This document shows, piece by piece, positions 15,495 to 23,433 of a stretch of DNA of 32,000 nucleotides. The notes under the pieces are model-generated. The model worked only from the letters and a program-made list of their open reading frames with translations. It made no database searches and was not told where the DNA came from. The stretch is from Flavobacteriaceae bacterium (GTDB taxonomy: Bacteria > Bacteroidota > Bacteroidia > Flavobacteriales > Flavobacteriaceae). The stretch is from assembly GCA_965224465.1 (NCBI GenBank), contig OZ245049.1, positions 3,750,001 to 3,782,000 of the forward strand. Reading direction: 5' to 3'. Made by a program: the position numbers and the translations under genes. Within the stretch, counting starts at the first letter, position 1. Each line of letters starts with the position of its first letter.

Positions 15495-15934
15495 TACCAA
15501 TTACAATCCAAAATGACCGATATAAATAGTTTATTTTACGTACTAGCGTTGTTAAAAAATAGAACGATAGCTAAGGCTATCCTTAGATTTTCCGCCTAGC
15601 TATACTACCAATTACAATCCAAAATGACCGATATAAATAGTTTATTTTACGTACTAGCGTTGTTAAAAAATAGAACGATAGCTAAGGCTATCCTTAGATT
15701 TTCCGCCTAGCTATACTACCAATTAAAATCCAAAATGACCTATATAAATAGTTTATTTTACGTACTAGCGTTGTTAAAAAATAGAACGATAGCTAAGGCT
15801 ATCCTTAGATTTTTCGCCTAGCTATACTACCAATTAAAATCCAAAATGACCTATATAAATAGTTTATTTTACGTACTAGCGTTGTTAAAAAATAGAACGA
15901 TAGCTAAGGCTATCCTTAGATTTTTCGCCTAGCT
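15492..15934 (+). repeat. Tandem repeat, 4 x 111 bp (last unit truncated by ~4 nt)
   Basis: Units start at 15496, 15607, 15718 and 15829. Units 1 and 2 are identical, units 3 and 4 are identical, and the two pairs differ at 3 positions. The array starts at the hcp stop codon. Each unit carries a stem: atagcta(a)ggc, a 16-nt loop, gcctagctat. Confidence 0.9.
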
Positions 15935-16036
15935 AGAACAAAAAATAATTCTATTTCTAAACCGTCACTTGGAAATCTAATTGGTAGAACATAAAATAAT
16001 TCTATTTCTAAACCGTCTATTGGAAATGCATTTGGT
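15935..16036 (+). repeat. Tandem repeat, 2 x 51 bp
   Basis: agaacaaaaaataattctatttctaaaccgtcacttggaaatctaattggt is followed by agaacataaaataattctatttctaaaccgtctattggaaatgcatttggt. The taattggtag in unit 1 is the reverse complement of the ctaccaatta that opens units 2-4 of the 111-bp array (unit 1 opens ataccaatta). Confidence 0.85.
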
Positions 16037-16077
16037 ATAATAGCGTTTTAGCTATAGTGTAACATATCTAATAAAAT

Positions 16078-16110
16078 AAAAAGGAAGTGTTACATAACAC
16101 TTCCTTTTTT
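16078..16110 (+). terminator. Intrinsic terminator (13-14 bp perfect stem, 4-nt loop, T-run)
   Basis: aaaaaggaagtgtt-acat-aacacttcctttttt. It is flanked by an A-run and a T-run, so it could act in both directions. It lies between the repeat array and the second hcp. Confidence 0.75.
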
Positions 16111-16151
16111 GCGTTTAATTTAATTAGTTTAACAAATATAAATACTATAAA

Positions 16152-16547
16152 ATGTCGTTTTTATCACAATTAACAATAGCCGATGATACCATGAATGTAT
16201 TGCGATGTTCTTTTAACTTTGAACAAGGTGCAGATGCTGCTGGTAAACCATCACAAAGACCAAGTGGAGGGAAACTCATAATTTTAATTGAATCTACCAG
16301 TAAAACAGATTTTTTGGAATGGATGATCTCTCCCAATATGACCAAAAATGGAGAAGTTGTTTTTTATAAAAGAGATAATATGTCTAGTTTAAAAACCATT
16401 ACTTTTAAAAATGCCTATTGTTTGAGCTATCAAGAAGATTTTGATGCAGAAGGAAACCAACCTTTAAAAACACGGATTGTTGTGTCTGCAAAAGAAATTA
16501 CAGTAAAGAATACTACCTTTTCCAATAACTGGTTTGATAGAGAATAA
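16152..16547 (+). CDS. hcp: Hcp/TssD paralogue
   Basis: 131 aa, collinear with 15108..15494 at roughly one-third identity. Shared pattern: MSF....L......NVL.CS......DA.G.PS....GGK....ES...T....WM. It ends 85 nt before the vgrG start. Confidence 0.75.
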   Translation: MSFLSQLTIADDTMNVLRCSFNFEQGADAAGKPSQRPSGGKLIILIESTSKTDFLEWMISPNMTKNGEVVFYKRDNMSSLKTITFKNAYCLSYQEDFDAEGNQPLKTRIVVSAKEITVKNTTFSNNWFDRE

Positions 16548-16632
16548 AAAATTAGAAGCATCCCCGATGCAATCAATTAAAATGAATTTATTATTGTAAT
16601 TTTTTTTAGAGAACACTATTAATTTAGAAAAT

Positions 16633-18447
16633 ATGGCGCTACAAAGCAACACAACTATAATTATTAAGAGACAAGAATTTTCAAGTTTTCAAAGCCTTAA
16701 CTTACATCAGGAAATTGATGCATCCCATTTGTTAACACTTACGTTTAGAATGGACACACTTGAAGATCTAGAAGAAGAACTTGCAACCAACAGTAAAGAG
16801 TTTTTAGGGGAAACAATTTCCTTGCAAACGATTCCTGCAAATGGTTTTGAAGACCGTTATGGCGAATTGACGTTTAAAGGTATTATTACCGAAATAAAAA
16901 TCATAAAAGGGCATGAGGTAAGTGATGGTGATAAAGTAGTTATAGAGGCAAAAAGCCCCGATTTTTTAACAAATGATGGTCCGCATTTTGCGTCTTACAA
17001 CGATGTTTCCCTCTCAGAAATTATTGATAGTTCGTTTGAAGGCTATGATACTTCAAAATTAGAAGTAGACATACGCCCTCAAAACAACCCTAGTTTGCAT
17101 TATTCGGTACAGCATAACGAAAGTGCTTTTACGTATGTAAGTAGACTTGCAGCACAATACGGAGAGTGGTTCTATTACGATGGCGCGAAATTAGTATTTG
17201 GAATGCCTGGTACCGAAGACTTAGAACTCACCTATGGATTTGATTTAGTAGAGTATCAGATAGGTTTGATACCTCAATCCAACAATTACAAAATATTTGC
17301 AAATGATTATTTAACCGATGAGGTACAAGAAAAATCAACAAGCGAAACCAATGCCGGTTTAAGAGGTTTTGGAGGCTTTGTTTCTGAAAAATCAAATGCC
17401 ATTTACAGAAAAGAAACAAAAATTTGGCACAATCTTTACAGCGATACAGAAGTACAACAGCGTTTAGATACAGCAGTGGAATTACAGAAAAAAGCGATTG
17501 ATGTAAAACAAGTAAAAGTACAGGGTGTTTGTGATAATCCAGGAGTAAAAATTGGGAGCGTAGTTGTAATAGATGGGAATAGATACAGAATTATAGAGGT
17601 TACACATAGCAATAATGAAATTGGCGATTATACAAATAAATTTGAAGGAATCACCGCAGATATAAACGCATATCCATACACCAATATAAACGCATTTCCA
17701 AAAAGCGAAACACAGGTAGCCACCGTAAAAGAAAATGCAGATCCCGATGGATTGGGGCGCATAAGAGTGCAATTTCCATGGCAAGTGGAGTATAGCGAGT
17801 TAACCCCATGGGTGCGCATTGTAACGCCACATGGCGGAGCCAATAAAGGATTCCATTTTATACCAGAAATTGACGAAGAGGTATTGGTGGGCTTTGAAGG
17901 GGGGAATGCAGAACATCCTTATATATTGGGGAGTTTGTACACGGGAAATGCCAAACCCGAAGCGTTTAAAACCGACACCAACGATGTTAAAATTATAAGA
18001 ACCCGCAGCGGACACACCATTGAACTAAATGATAAAGATGGTGAAGAAAAAATAAATATCTACGATAACGAAGGAAGTATCATCACTTTTGATACCCAAG
18101 CAAAATCCTTGTATATACAAGCTACGGAGAATATTGAATTCCAAGCAAAGAATATTAAATTAAAAGCGAGCGAGAATATAGAACTAAACGCCGATCAAGA
18201 AATTAAAATAGCAGCAACGGGTAACGCATTATTAGCATCAGAGGCAGTTATTAACATACAAGCAGAAAGTGATGTTAACGTAAGTGCGAGTTCAAATATA
18301 ACCATAGAAGCCACTAGTAAAGCAAATTTTAAAGGACAAAGTATTATTGTAGAAGGGCAAACATCAGCTGAATTTAATAGTGCCCAAACCAAAATTACGG
18401 GTAGTGGAATGATTGATGTTTCAGGAGGAATGATAAAAATAAATTAA
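16633..18447 (+). CDS. vgrG: VgrG (TssI) T6SS spike protein, complete
   Basis: 604 aa with the same OB-fold signature and C-terminal beta-helix repeats as 2..1708. Confidence 0.92.
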   Translation: MALQSNTTIIIKRQEFSSFQSLNLHQEIDASHLLTLTFRMDTLEDLEEELATNSKEFLGETISLQTIPANGFEDRYGELTFKGIITEIKIIKGHEVSDGDKVVIEAKSPDFLTNDGPHFASYNDVSLSEIIDSSFEGYDTSKLEVDIRPQNNPSLHYSVQHNESAFTYVSRLAAQYGEWFYYDGAKLVFGMPGTEDLELTYGFDLVEYQIGLIPQSNNYKIFANDYLTDEVQEKSTSETNAGLRGFGGFVSEKSNAIYRKETKIWHNLYSDTEVQQRLDTAVELQKKAIDVKQVKVQGVCDNPGVKIGSVVVIDGNRYRIIEVTHSNNEIGDYTNKFEGITADINAYPYTNINAFPKSETQVATVKENADPDGLGRIRVQFPWQVEYSELTPWVRIVTPHGGANKGFHFIPEIDEEVLVGFEGGNAEHPYILGSLYTGNAKPEAFKTDTNDVKIIRTRSGHTIELNDKDGEEKINIYDNEGSIITFDTQAKSLYIQATENIEFQAKNIKLKASENIELNADQEIKIAATGNALLASEAVINIQAESDVNVSASSNITIEATSKANFKGQSIIVEGQTSAEFNSAQTKITGSGMIDVSGGMIKIN

Positions 18448-18463
18448 AACAAATAAATAAATT

Positions 18464-19177
18464 ATGCCAGGACCAGCAGCAACAATATCACACATGCACA
18501 CATGCCCTATGTATAGTGGAACAAGCCCACATACTGGCGGCCCCATTATAGGCCCGGGAGTGCCAACAGTTTTAATAGGAGGAAAACCTGCCGCAGTAAT
18601 GGGGGATCAATGTACCTGTTCGGGACCACCCGATGTAATTGTAGAAGGTGTTTCTACCGTATTAATTGGTGGGAGACCCGCAGCTACTATGGGATCAAAA
18701 ACAGGTCATGGAGGCGAAGTAAGCATTGGAAATACTACCGTACTTATTGGTACAAGATGTAGTGCTCCTACCGCAATAATGCCAGTAAGCAAAATACCTT
18801 TTCCTAAAATATCTTTTAAAGATCGTATACTAACTTCTTTGTCGGGGAATTCATTGGCAGAAGCAGAAGCGAATCAAGCTGCTTTGAGAGAAGAAGAGGA
18901 AGGTGAGCCTGAAATATATGGTGTACAGTGGATTATAGGAGAACAAACAGTAAGAGAATCTCATGTGTTTTCTGAAGTAACTGTAAGGGCTAGGGTAAGA
19001 AATATTAATGATGGTGAAAAAATTACTTTTTCTATTAAAAAACCTCTTAGCACAACGGATAATAATGGAGTTAGTACTACTTCCGAAGAAGATATTATTG
19101 AGTTATCAGGTACAGTACAAGACAAAATAGTAGAGGTAACTTGGGAAATTGAAAAATCACAGGAAGAATCTAAATAA
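18464..19177 (+). CDS. PAAR-domain spike-tip protein with variable C-terminal extension
   Basis: PAAR motifs as in 1725..2417. Identity with that copy ends at 18910. The C-terminal ~88 aa are divergent. Confidence 0.9.
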   Translation: MPGPAATISHMHTCPMYSGTSPHTGGPIIGPGVPTVLIGGKPAAVMGDQCTCSGPPDVIVEGVSTVLIGGRPAATMGSKTGHGGEVSIGNTTVLIGTRCSAPTAIMPVSKIPFPKISFKDRILTSLSGNSLAEAEANQAALREEEEGEPEIYGVQWIIGEQTVRESHVFSEVTVRARVRNINDGEKITFSIKKPLSTTDNNGVSTTSEEDIIELSGTVQDKIVEVTWEIEKSQEESK

Positions 19178-19188
19178 AATAGCAGATA

Positions 19189-22100
19189 ATGGTTACGGAA
19201 GAAGTAATAAAATACCAAGAGGAAGGAGCAAAATTAGTTGATAGTAAATACACCGTAGTTGTATCAGGTTCAGGCGTGGTGAATGAAGAAAGACCAGTAT
19301 TTAAAGCATTATTACCAGGTATTAGATTGCATTTTCTTAGATATGGTTTGTTTGATAGAAACAAGGATAACGTAAGTTCGATTCGTATTAAAGATGATAC
19401 GGACGAAAAATACACAGCATCAGATACTGATGTGTCCAATGGCGACCTACAAACCACCAAAGACTTTAGAGTAATGGCTACGCTACTTAAGAAAGGATAT
19501 GTATATATTATTAATGCGGAAAATAAAAATGACTATCATGAATTAAAAGTTGGTGAATTTGGAATGCTTTACCCTATAATTTGGAATACTAAAAATTTAG
19601 AAAGTGATGGTAGAACCCCTAAAGACTTTAGAGAGATTAATGGTGAAAAATCACATTACAAACTCATTTCTAAAACAAAAAAAGAAGGTGGTAAAAAATA
19701 TTGGATAGGCTACAGCCCTGTGCAATGGTCGTACGAATTACATAAAAAAATGCTCGCTGCATCTGATGAAGATAAAAAGCAGAAGCACATGATTTTAGTA
19801 GAATGTAAAGGTATAAAAAAAGGAGAGGAAGAAGCCAATGAATATATTTTACCTTACAATAAAATAAATATAGCCTTTTATGAAGGCGAAGACACAGATA
19901 GTTTAGTAAGAAAAACGTTAAATCAAATATTTGCCACTGAAAAAAAAGAAGAAAAACGTGGTAATAATGAGCTTCTTGAAGATATGTTTATTACTCTGCA
20001 TGATCCTGTAGGCTGCCTTCATGATGTTGGAGGTGTTTTAAGTGAAAAAACTGTAGAGTTTAGAGCTTTGGTAGAAGCTATTCAATCTGGAGAAACAGAG
20101 ATTGAAGCCAGAAGAAGATATGCCAAAACTCCTCCTGAATTTGCTCCTAACCCTAGTGATAATTACAAAAACATGTTCTCACTGGCTCTGGCTAGCTATA
20201 AAATGGTGTATAGTAGTAAAGAAAATACTCAAAAATTTGATGGTGCTGAGGTAGGGTATAATTTAACAAAACGTAATCAAACTAATTTTCCATATCAACC
20301 AAATTCTAGCGCTTCGTATGAGTTTACTATTAATTCTTTCTCAAAAAGTGATTATGGAGTGATAATTAAAAAAAAAACTAATAATTACGTAGCTAATGAG
20401 CATATTGGTAGTGGGTTGCACCGTTTAAAAGTAGAGGGAATATTAGGTGTGCACCCACGAAGAAAAAAGAGAGCCCAGTTAATTAAATATCGTGACATAG
20501 TAGGTGAATTTATACAATCAGACTATTTAAAGAAGGGATTGGCCTTTTATTCTGAAAATTGTTCTGCTTACAAAATTTTTGGTATTGAAGAATTGTATAA
20601 ATATATTTTACTTTTATATACAAATCCGTATGGTATTGACCGTCATTTACTTTTAAACAAAAAAAATGATCTTGAAAAAGACGTTTATTATAGCAGTGAC
20701 CAGTGGATTGATTGGATAAATAAACAAAAAAAATTAAAAACTCCAAACAATCCCAATGACCCTTTAGACGTCTTATTGGTTCACGAAATTTCTATTGGTC
20801 AAAAATTATTAAATAAAAAGGTAGAATTATCTAATAAATTAGCCGCTGTTTTTTCTGCGAAATTAACACTGCACTCATTAAGCGAGGATTTTTTTAAATC
20901 AAAAAAAATTACAAAGGCTATCACAGGAAAAACAAACTACCAAAAAATTATTAATGAAGGCTATACTGAAATGATAGACCAGCTAAATAAAATTACGGTA
21001 ATTACAAAAAAAGGAGGTATACCTGAAAAAGTGTTTAGTTTTGGCAATACTCACGCAATAGAAATAAATGCAAAAGTATTAGGTGTAGATTTTGATCCTA
21101 ATGTAGATGTTATTATAAGAGGTCCTGATGGGAAAAATATAAAAGAATTTACTACGGATTTAATAAAACACAATAAATTAAATGGAAATAAAGCCACTGT
21201 TGCTGGTGGTGCACATGTGTTAGAAGTTGGTGACAATGTAGAAAACATAAGCAAATATGAATATGTAAGAAATAAAATTAATAAAAACGGAGCCAAACGC
21301 TTTAATCAAAAAGCATATAATGCTTTAAATTCTCGTGGATTTACAGTTTTTTTAGCGGGTTTAGAAGTGATTAATTTTTACTATGCAACTTTGGGGCTGT
21401 ATGAATCAATACGAAAGGAGGAGTCAATACTAGTTAGAGCTAAAGAAGTTATTAACACGGCCGGAATTGGAGCCGAACTAGTAGAAGCTTCCTTCCGAGT
21501 ACAAAAAGCACATTATATTGCAATAGGTGAGGAGCTTGCAGAAAGTACAGCCAAAGGTCTATCAAATAAAATTGCAATAGCAGGTGCTATTGGTGGTATT
21601 ATTACTGCTGGTATGTGTATTACAGAAGCTGTTATAGCCTTTAATAAACGTGATGTTGATGCCAGTATTGCTTGGGGATTGGCAGGTGTTGCTTTTACAG
21701 TAAGTACTGCGGCAGGTATTTGGGGAGGAACTGTTTTTTTATTATCAGGGCCTGTAGGTTGGATTGCCTTAGGGATTGGTTTAATAGGAGTGGTTTTAGC
21801 AAATGTTTTTATAGACACAGACTTGGAATTCTATTTTAAACACTTTTTATTATCCGATCATAAAAAATTACCTATTGGTAATAACAGTCCTATGGCATAC
21901 AACCGTCTTGTCTATAAAAGTATTGAGACTTTAGTAGAGAGTGAGGATGACGACATTAAAAATAGCCTAATGTATCCTGAGGATGCTATTGCTAGTTTAC
22001 ACGATCTTACGGTATGTACCAGCATTAATTACTATGTAGAAAACATGAAAATGAAATTTGCAGGCAGACGTGGTAGAAGTACGGGGTATTATGTAAGTAG

Positions 22101-22542
22101 TTTTGGTATTACTATGAATTTTAATCATTTTTTATACGATGTAAATCAATTAGAAGCAAAAGGTATGATAGTGCGTCATACCTGGGTTAATAGTATTGGA
22201 AGTAATGCAGAAGAATTTAATTTAATATTAAAAGATGCCAAAATAATAAGCATGAAAAATGGACAACAACAACTTTTAGTAATTGTAGCAATACCTTACG
22301 AAAAAAGAAAATTAATAAAAGACGATAAAGATTTAGAAATGGTACTAGCCATACGTGTAAGAATTAATAAAGAGAAAAACCATTACTTCCCTTACAGACT
22401 ACTAGACAAACCTGAACGCTATATTGGTGCTAAATTTAAGTTATATAAAAACATATACACTAATTCAGGGGAAAATAACACAGATAATCAAAATTTAGTT
22501 TTTGATACCTTAGCGAACTTAAAACTTGATAAAACATGGTAG
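19189..22542 (+). CDS. Large T6SS effector, VasX-like N-region plus glycine-zipper TM helices (putative membrane-disrupting toxin)
   Basis: 1117 aa. Motifs: LPGIRLHFLRYGL, LKKGYVYIINAEN, YHELKV, YWIGYSPVQWS, ITLHDPVG. TM/Gly-rich region at about 21340-21815 (AIAGAIGGIITAGMCI..., AGVAFTVSTAAGIWGGTVFLLSGPVGWIALGIGLIGVVLANVFI). Confidence 0.6.
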   Translation: MVTEEVIKYQEEGAKLVDSKYTVVVSGSGVVNEERPVFKALLPGIRLHFLRYGLFDRNKDNVSSIRIKDDTDEKYTASDTDVSNGDLQTTKDFRVMATLLKKGYVYIINAENKNDYHELKVGEFGMLYPIIWNTKNLESDGRTPKDFREINGEKSHYKLISKTKKEGGKKYWIGYSPVQWSYELHKKMLAASDEDKKQKHMILVECKGIKKGEEEANEYILPYNKINIAFYEGEDTDSLVRKTLNQIFATEKKEEKRGNNELLEDMFITLHDPVGCLHDVGGVLSEKTVEFRALVEAIQSGETEIEARRRYAKTPPEFAPNPSDNYKNMFSLALASYKMVYSSKENTQKFDGAEVGYNLTKRNQTNFPYQPNSSASYEFTINSFSKSDYGVIIKKKTNNYVANEHIGSGLHRLKVEGILGVHPRRKKRAQLIKYRDIVGEFIQSDYLKKGLAFYSENCSAYKIFGIEELYKYILLLYTNPYGIDRHLLLNKKNDLEKDVYYSSDQWIDWINKQKKLKTPNNPNDPLDVLLVHEISIGQKLLNKKVELSNKLAAVFSAKLTLHSLSEDFFKSKKITKAITGKTNYQKIINEGYTEMIDQLNKITVITKKGGIPEKVFSFGNTHAIEINAKVLGVDFDPNVDVIIRGPDGKNIKEFTTDLIKHNKLNGNKATVAGGAHVLEVGDNVENISKYEYVRNKINKNGAKRFNQKAYNALNSRGFTVFLAGLEVINFYYATLGLYESIRKEESILVRAKEVINTAGIGAELVEASFRVQKAHYIAIGEELAESTAKGLSNKIAIAGAIGGIITAGMCITEAVIAFNKRDVDASIAWGLAGVAFTVSTAAGIWGGTVFLLSGPVGWIALGIGLIGVVLANVFIDTDLEFYFKHFLLSDHKKLPIGNNSPMAYNRLVYKSIETLVESEDDDIKNSLMYPEDAIASLHDLTVCTSINYYVENMKMKFAGRRGRSTGYYVSSFGITMNFNHFLYDVNQLEAKGMIVRHTWVNSIGSNAEEFNLILKDAKIISMKNGQQQLLVIVAIPYEKRKLIKDDKDLEMVLAIRVRINKEKNHYFPYRLLDKPERYIGAKFKLYKNIYTNSGENNTDNQNLVFDTLANLKLDKTW

Positions 22543-23324
22543 ATGCGACTTTTAATTACAAACGCCCTATAACCCATACCCAATACAAACATGGAGATAA
22601 AGAAACCAAAAAAGGAGGATTTAGCAGAATGCTGACTATGCGTATAACAGATGACATGCATGTTATGAAAAAAAGTGATGTAGGTACTAAAGGGGGCTTT
22701 CCTTTTGCTACAGATGTTTTTTTAAAATGCCCTGTTGTTCCTAAGATAATGCCTTTATGGTTGGGTAGCCTATTTTTATTTTTATTTTTATTTTTTATTT
22801 ATCTATATCTTACACCAAGTGACAAAGACAATGGCGATTATATATTATTTTATTTAATAACTTTTCTTTCTTTTCTAGGATTTTTGTTTTTTGCAACCTA
22901 TTATTTTACGATGCCAACAAAAGAGCTTATTTTTAATAGAGCGGACGGTTTGGTTACTTTTCCTGGGTTTATGTGGTGTAAAAACATAACGATGCCTATA
23001 CATAAGATAATATTTTCTATGTCATCACCTAGTATTCAGGGAGGAGGTGCTTATATGTTGCAAATTGTACGACCAGACAGGACGTATTCCTTGTATTTAT
23101 GTACAAGGGGCTATAGTTGTTATGAAGATTTATCATCTTATTTATGGTATATGGATAAGAATAGACCATTACCTACGGGGGAAGGTTTTGATCCGTGTCG
23201 TTTACAAGATTTTGAACGTAGAAAATCTGAGGGTTTCCCTAAGCCATTATTTCCTTGTAGTTTTGAAACTCCAGAAGCTACGCTTGAACAACAGGCAGAA
23301 CGTGAGCGTATTGGCGGTTGGTAA
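22536..23324 (+). CDS. Putative 2-TM membrane immunity protein (WYMDKNRPLP family)
   Basis: The ATG overlaps the effector stop (ATGGTAG). 262 aa with two TM helices and the conserved C-terminal motif. Confidence 0.65.
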   Translation: MVDATFNYKRPITHTQYKHGDKETKKGGFSRMLTMRITDDMHVMKKSDVGTKGGFPFATDVFLKCPVVPKIMPLWLGSLFLFLFLFFIYLYLTPSDKDNGDYILFYLITFLSFLGFLFFATYYFTMPTKELIFNRADGLVTFPGFMWCKNITMPIHKIIFSMSSPSIQGGGAYMLQIVRPDRTYSLYLCTRGYSCYEDLSSYLWYMDKNRPLPTGEGFDPCRLQDFERRKSEGFPKPLFPCSFETPEATLEQQAERERIGGW

Positions 23325-23338
23325 AAGTTGATAGCGCA

Positions 23339-23433
23339 AAGCAATGCATTCGCGCGGATTTAAAATCCGCGCCAGTAACTGAGTGTCTGCTAGGAATGTT
23401 TCGCGGAAAGGTTTACGGAAAAAGGTGATTTAT
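23339..23433 (+). repeat. Conserved 95-nt junction element, copy 3 (palindrome 23352-23372)
   Basis: Same element as 6309-6403 and 14382-14476. Confidence 0.85.

Noticed and set aside
15492-15934. The 111-bp repeat array as a CRISPR array.
   Set aside because: The entire 111 bp repeats head-to-tail with no unique spacers. The unit length is far above CRISPR repeat size, and there are no cas genes in the window.
16111-16151. A Bacteroidota-type promoter immediately upstream of the second hcp, or of vgrG (16548-16632).
   Set aside because: No TAnnTTTG match was found in either interval, only partial matches such as TAgtTTaa and TAatTTTt. No promoter feature is claimed there.
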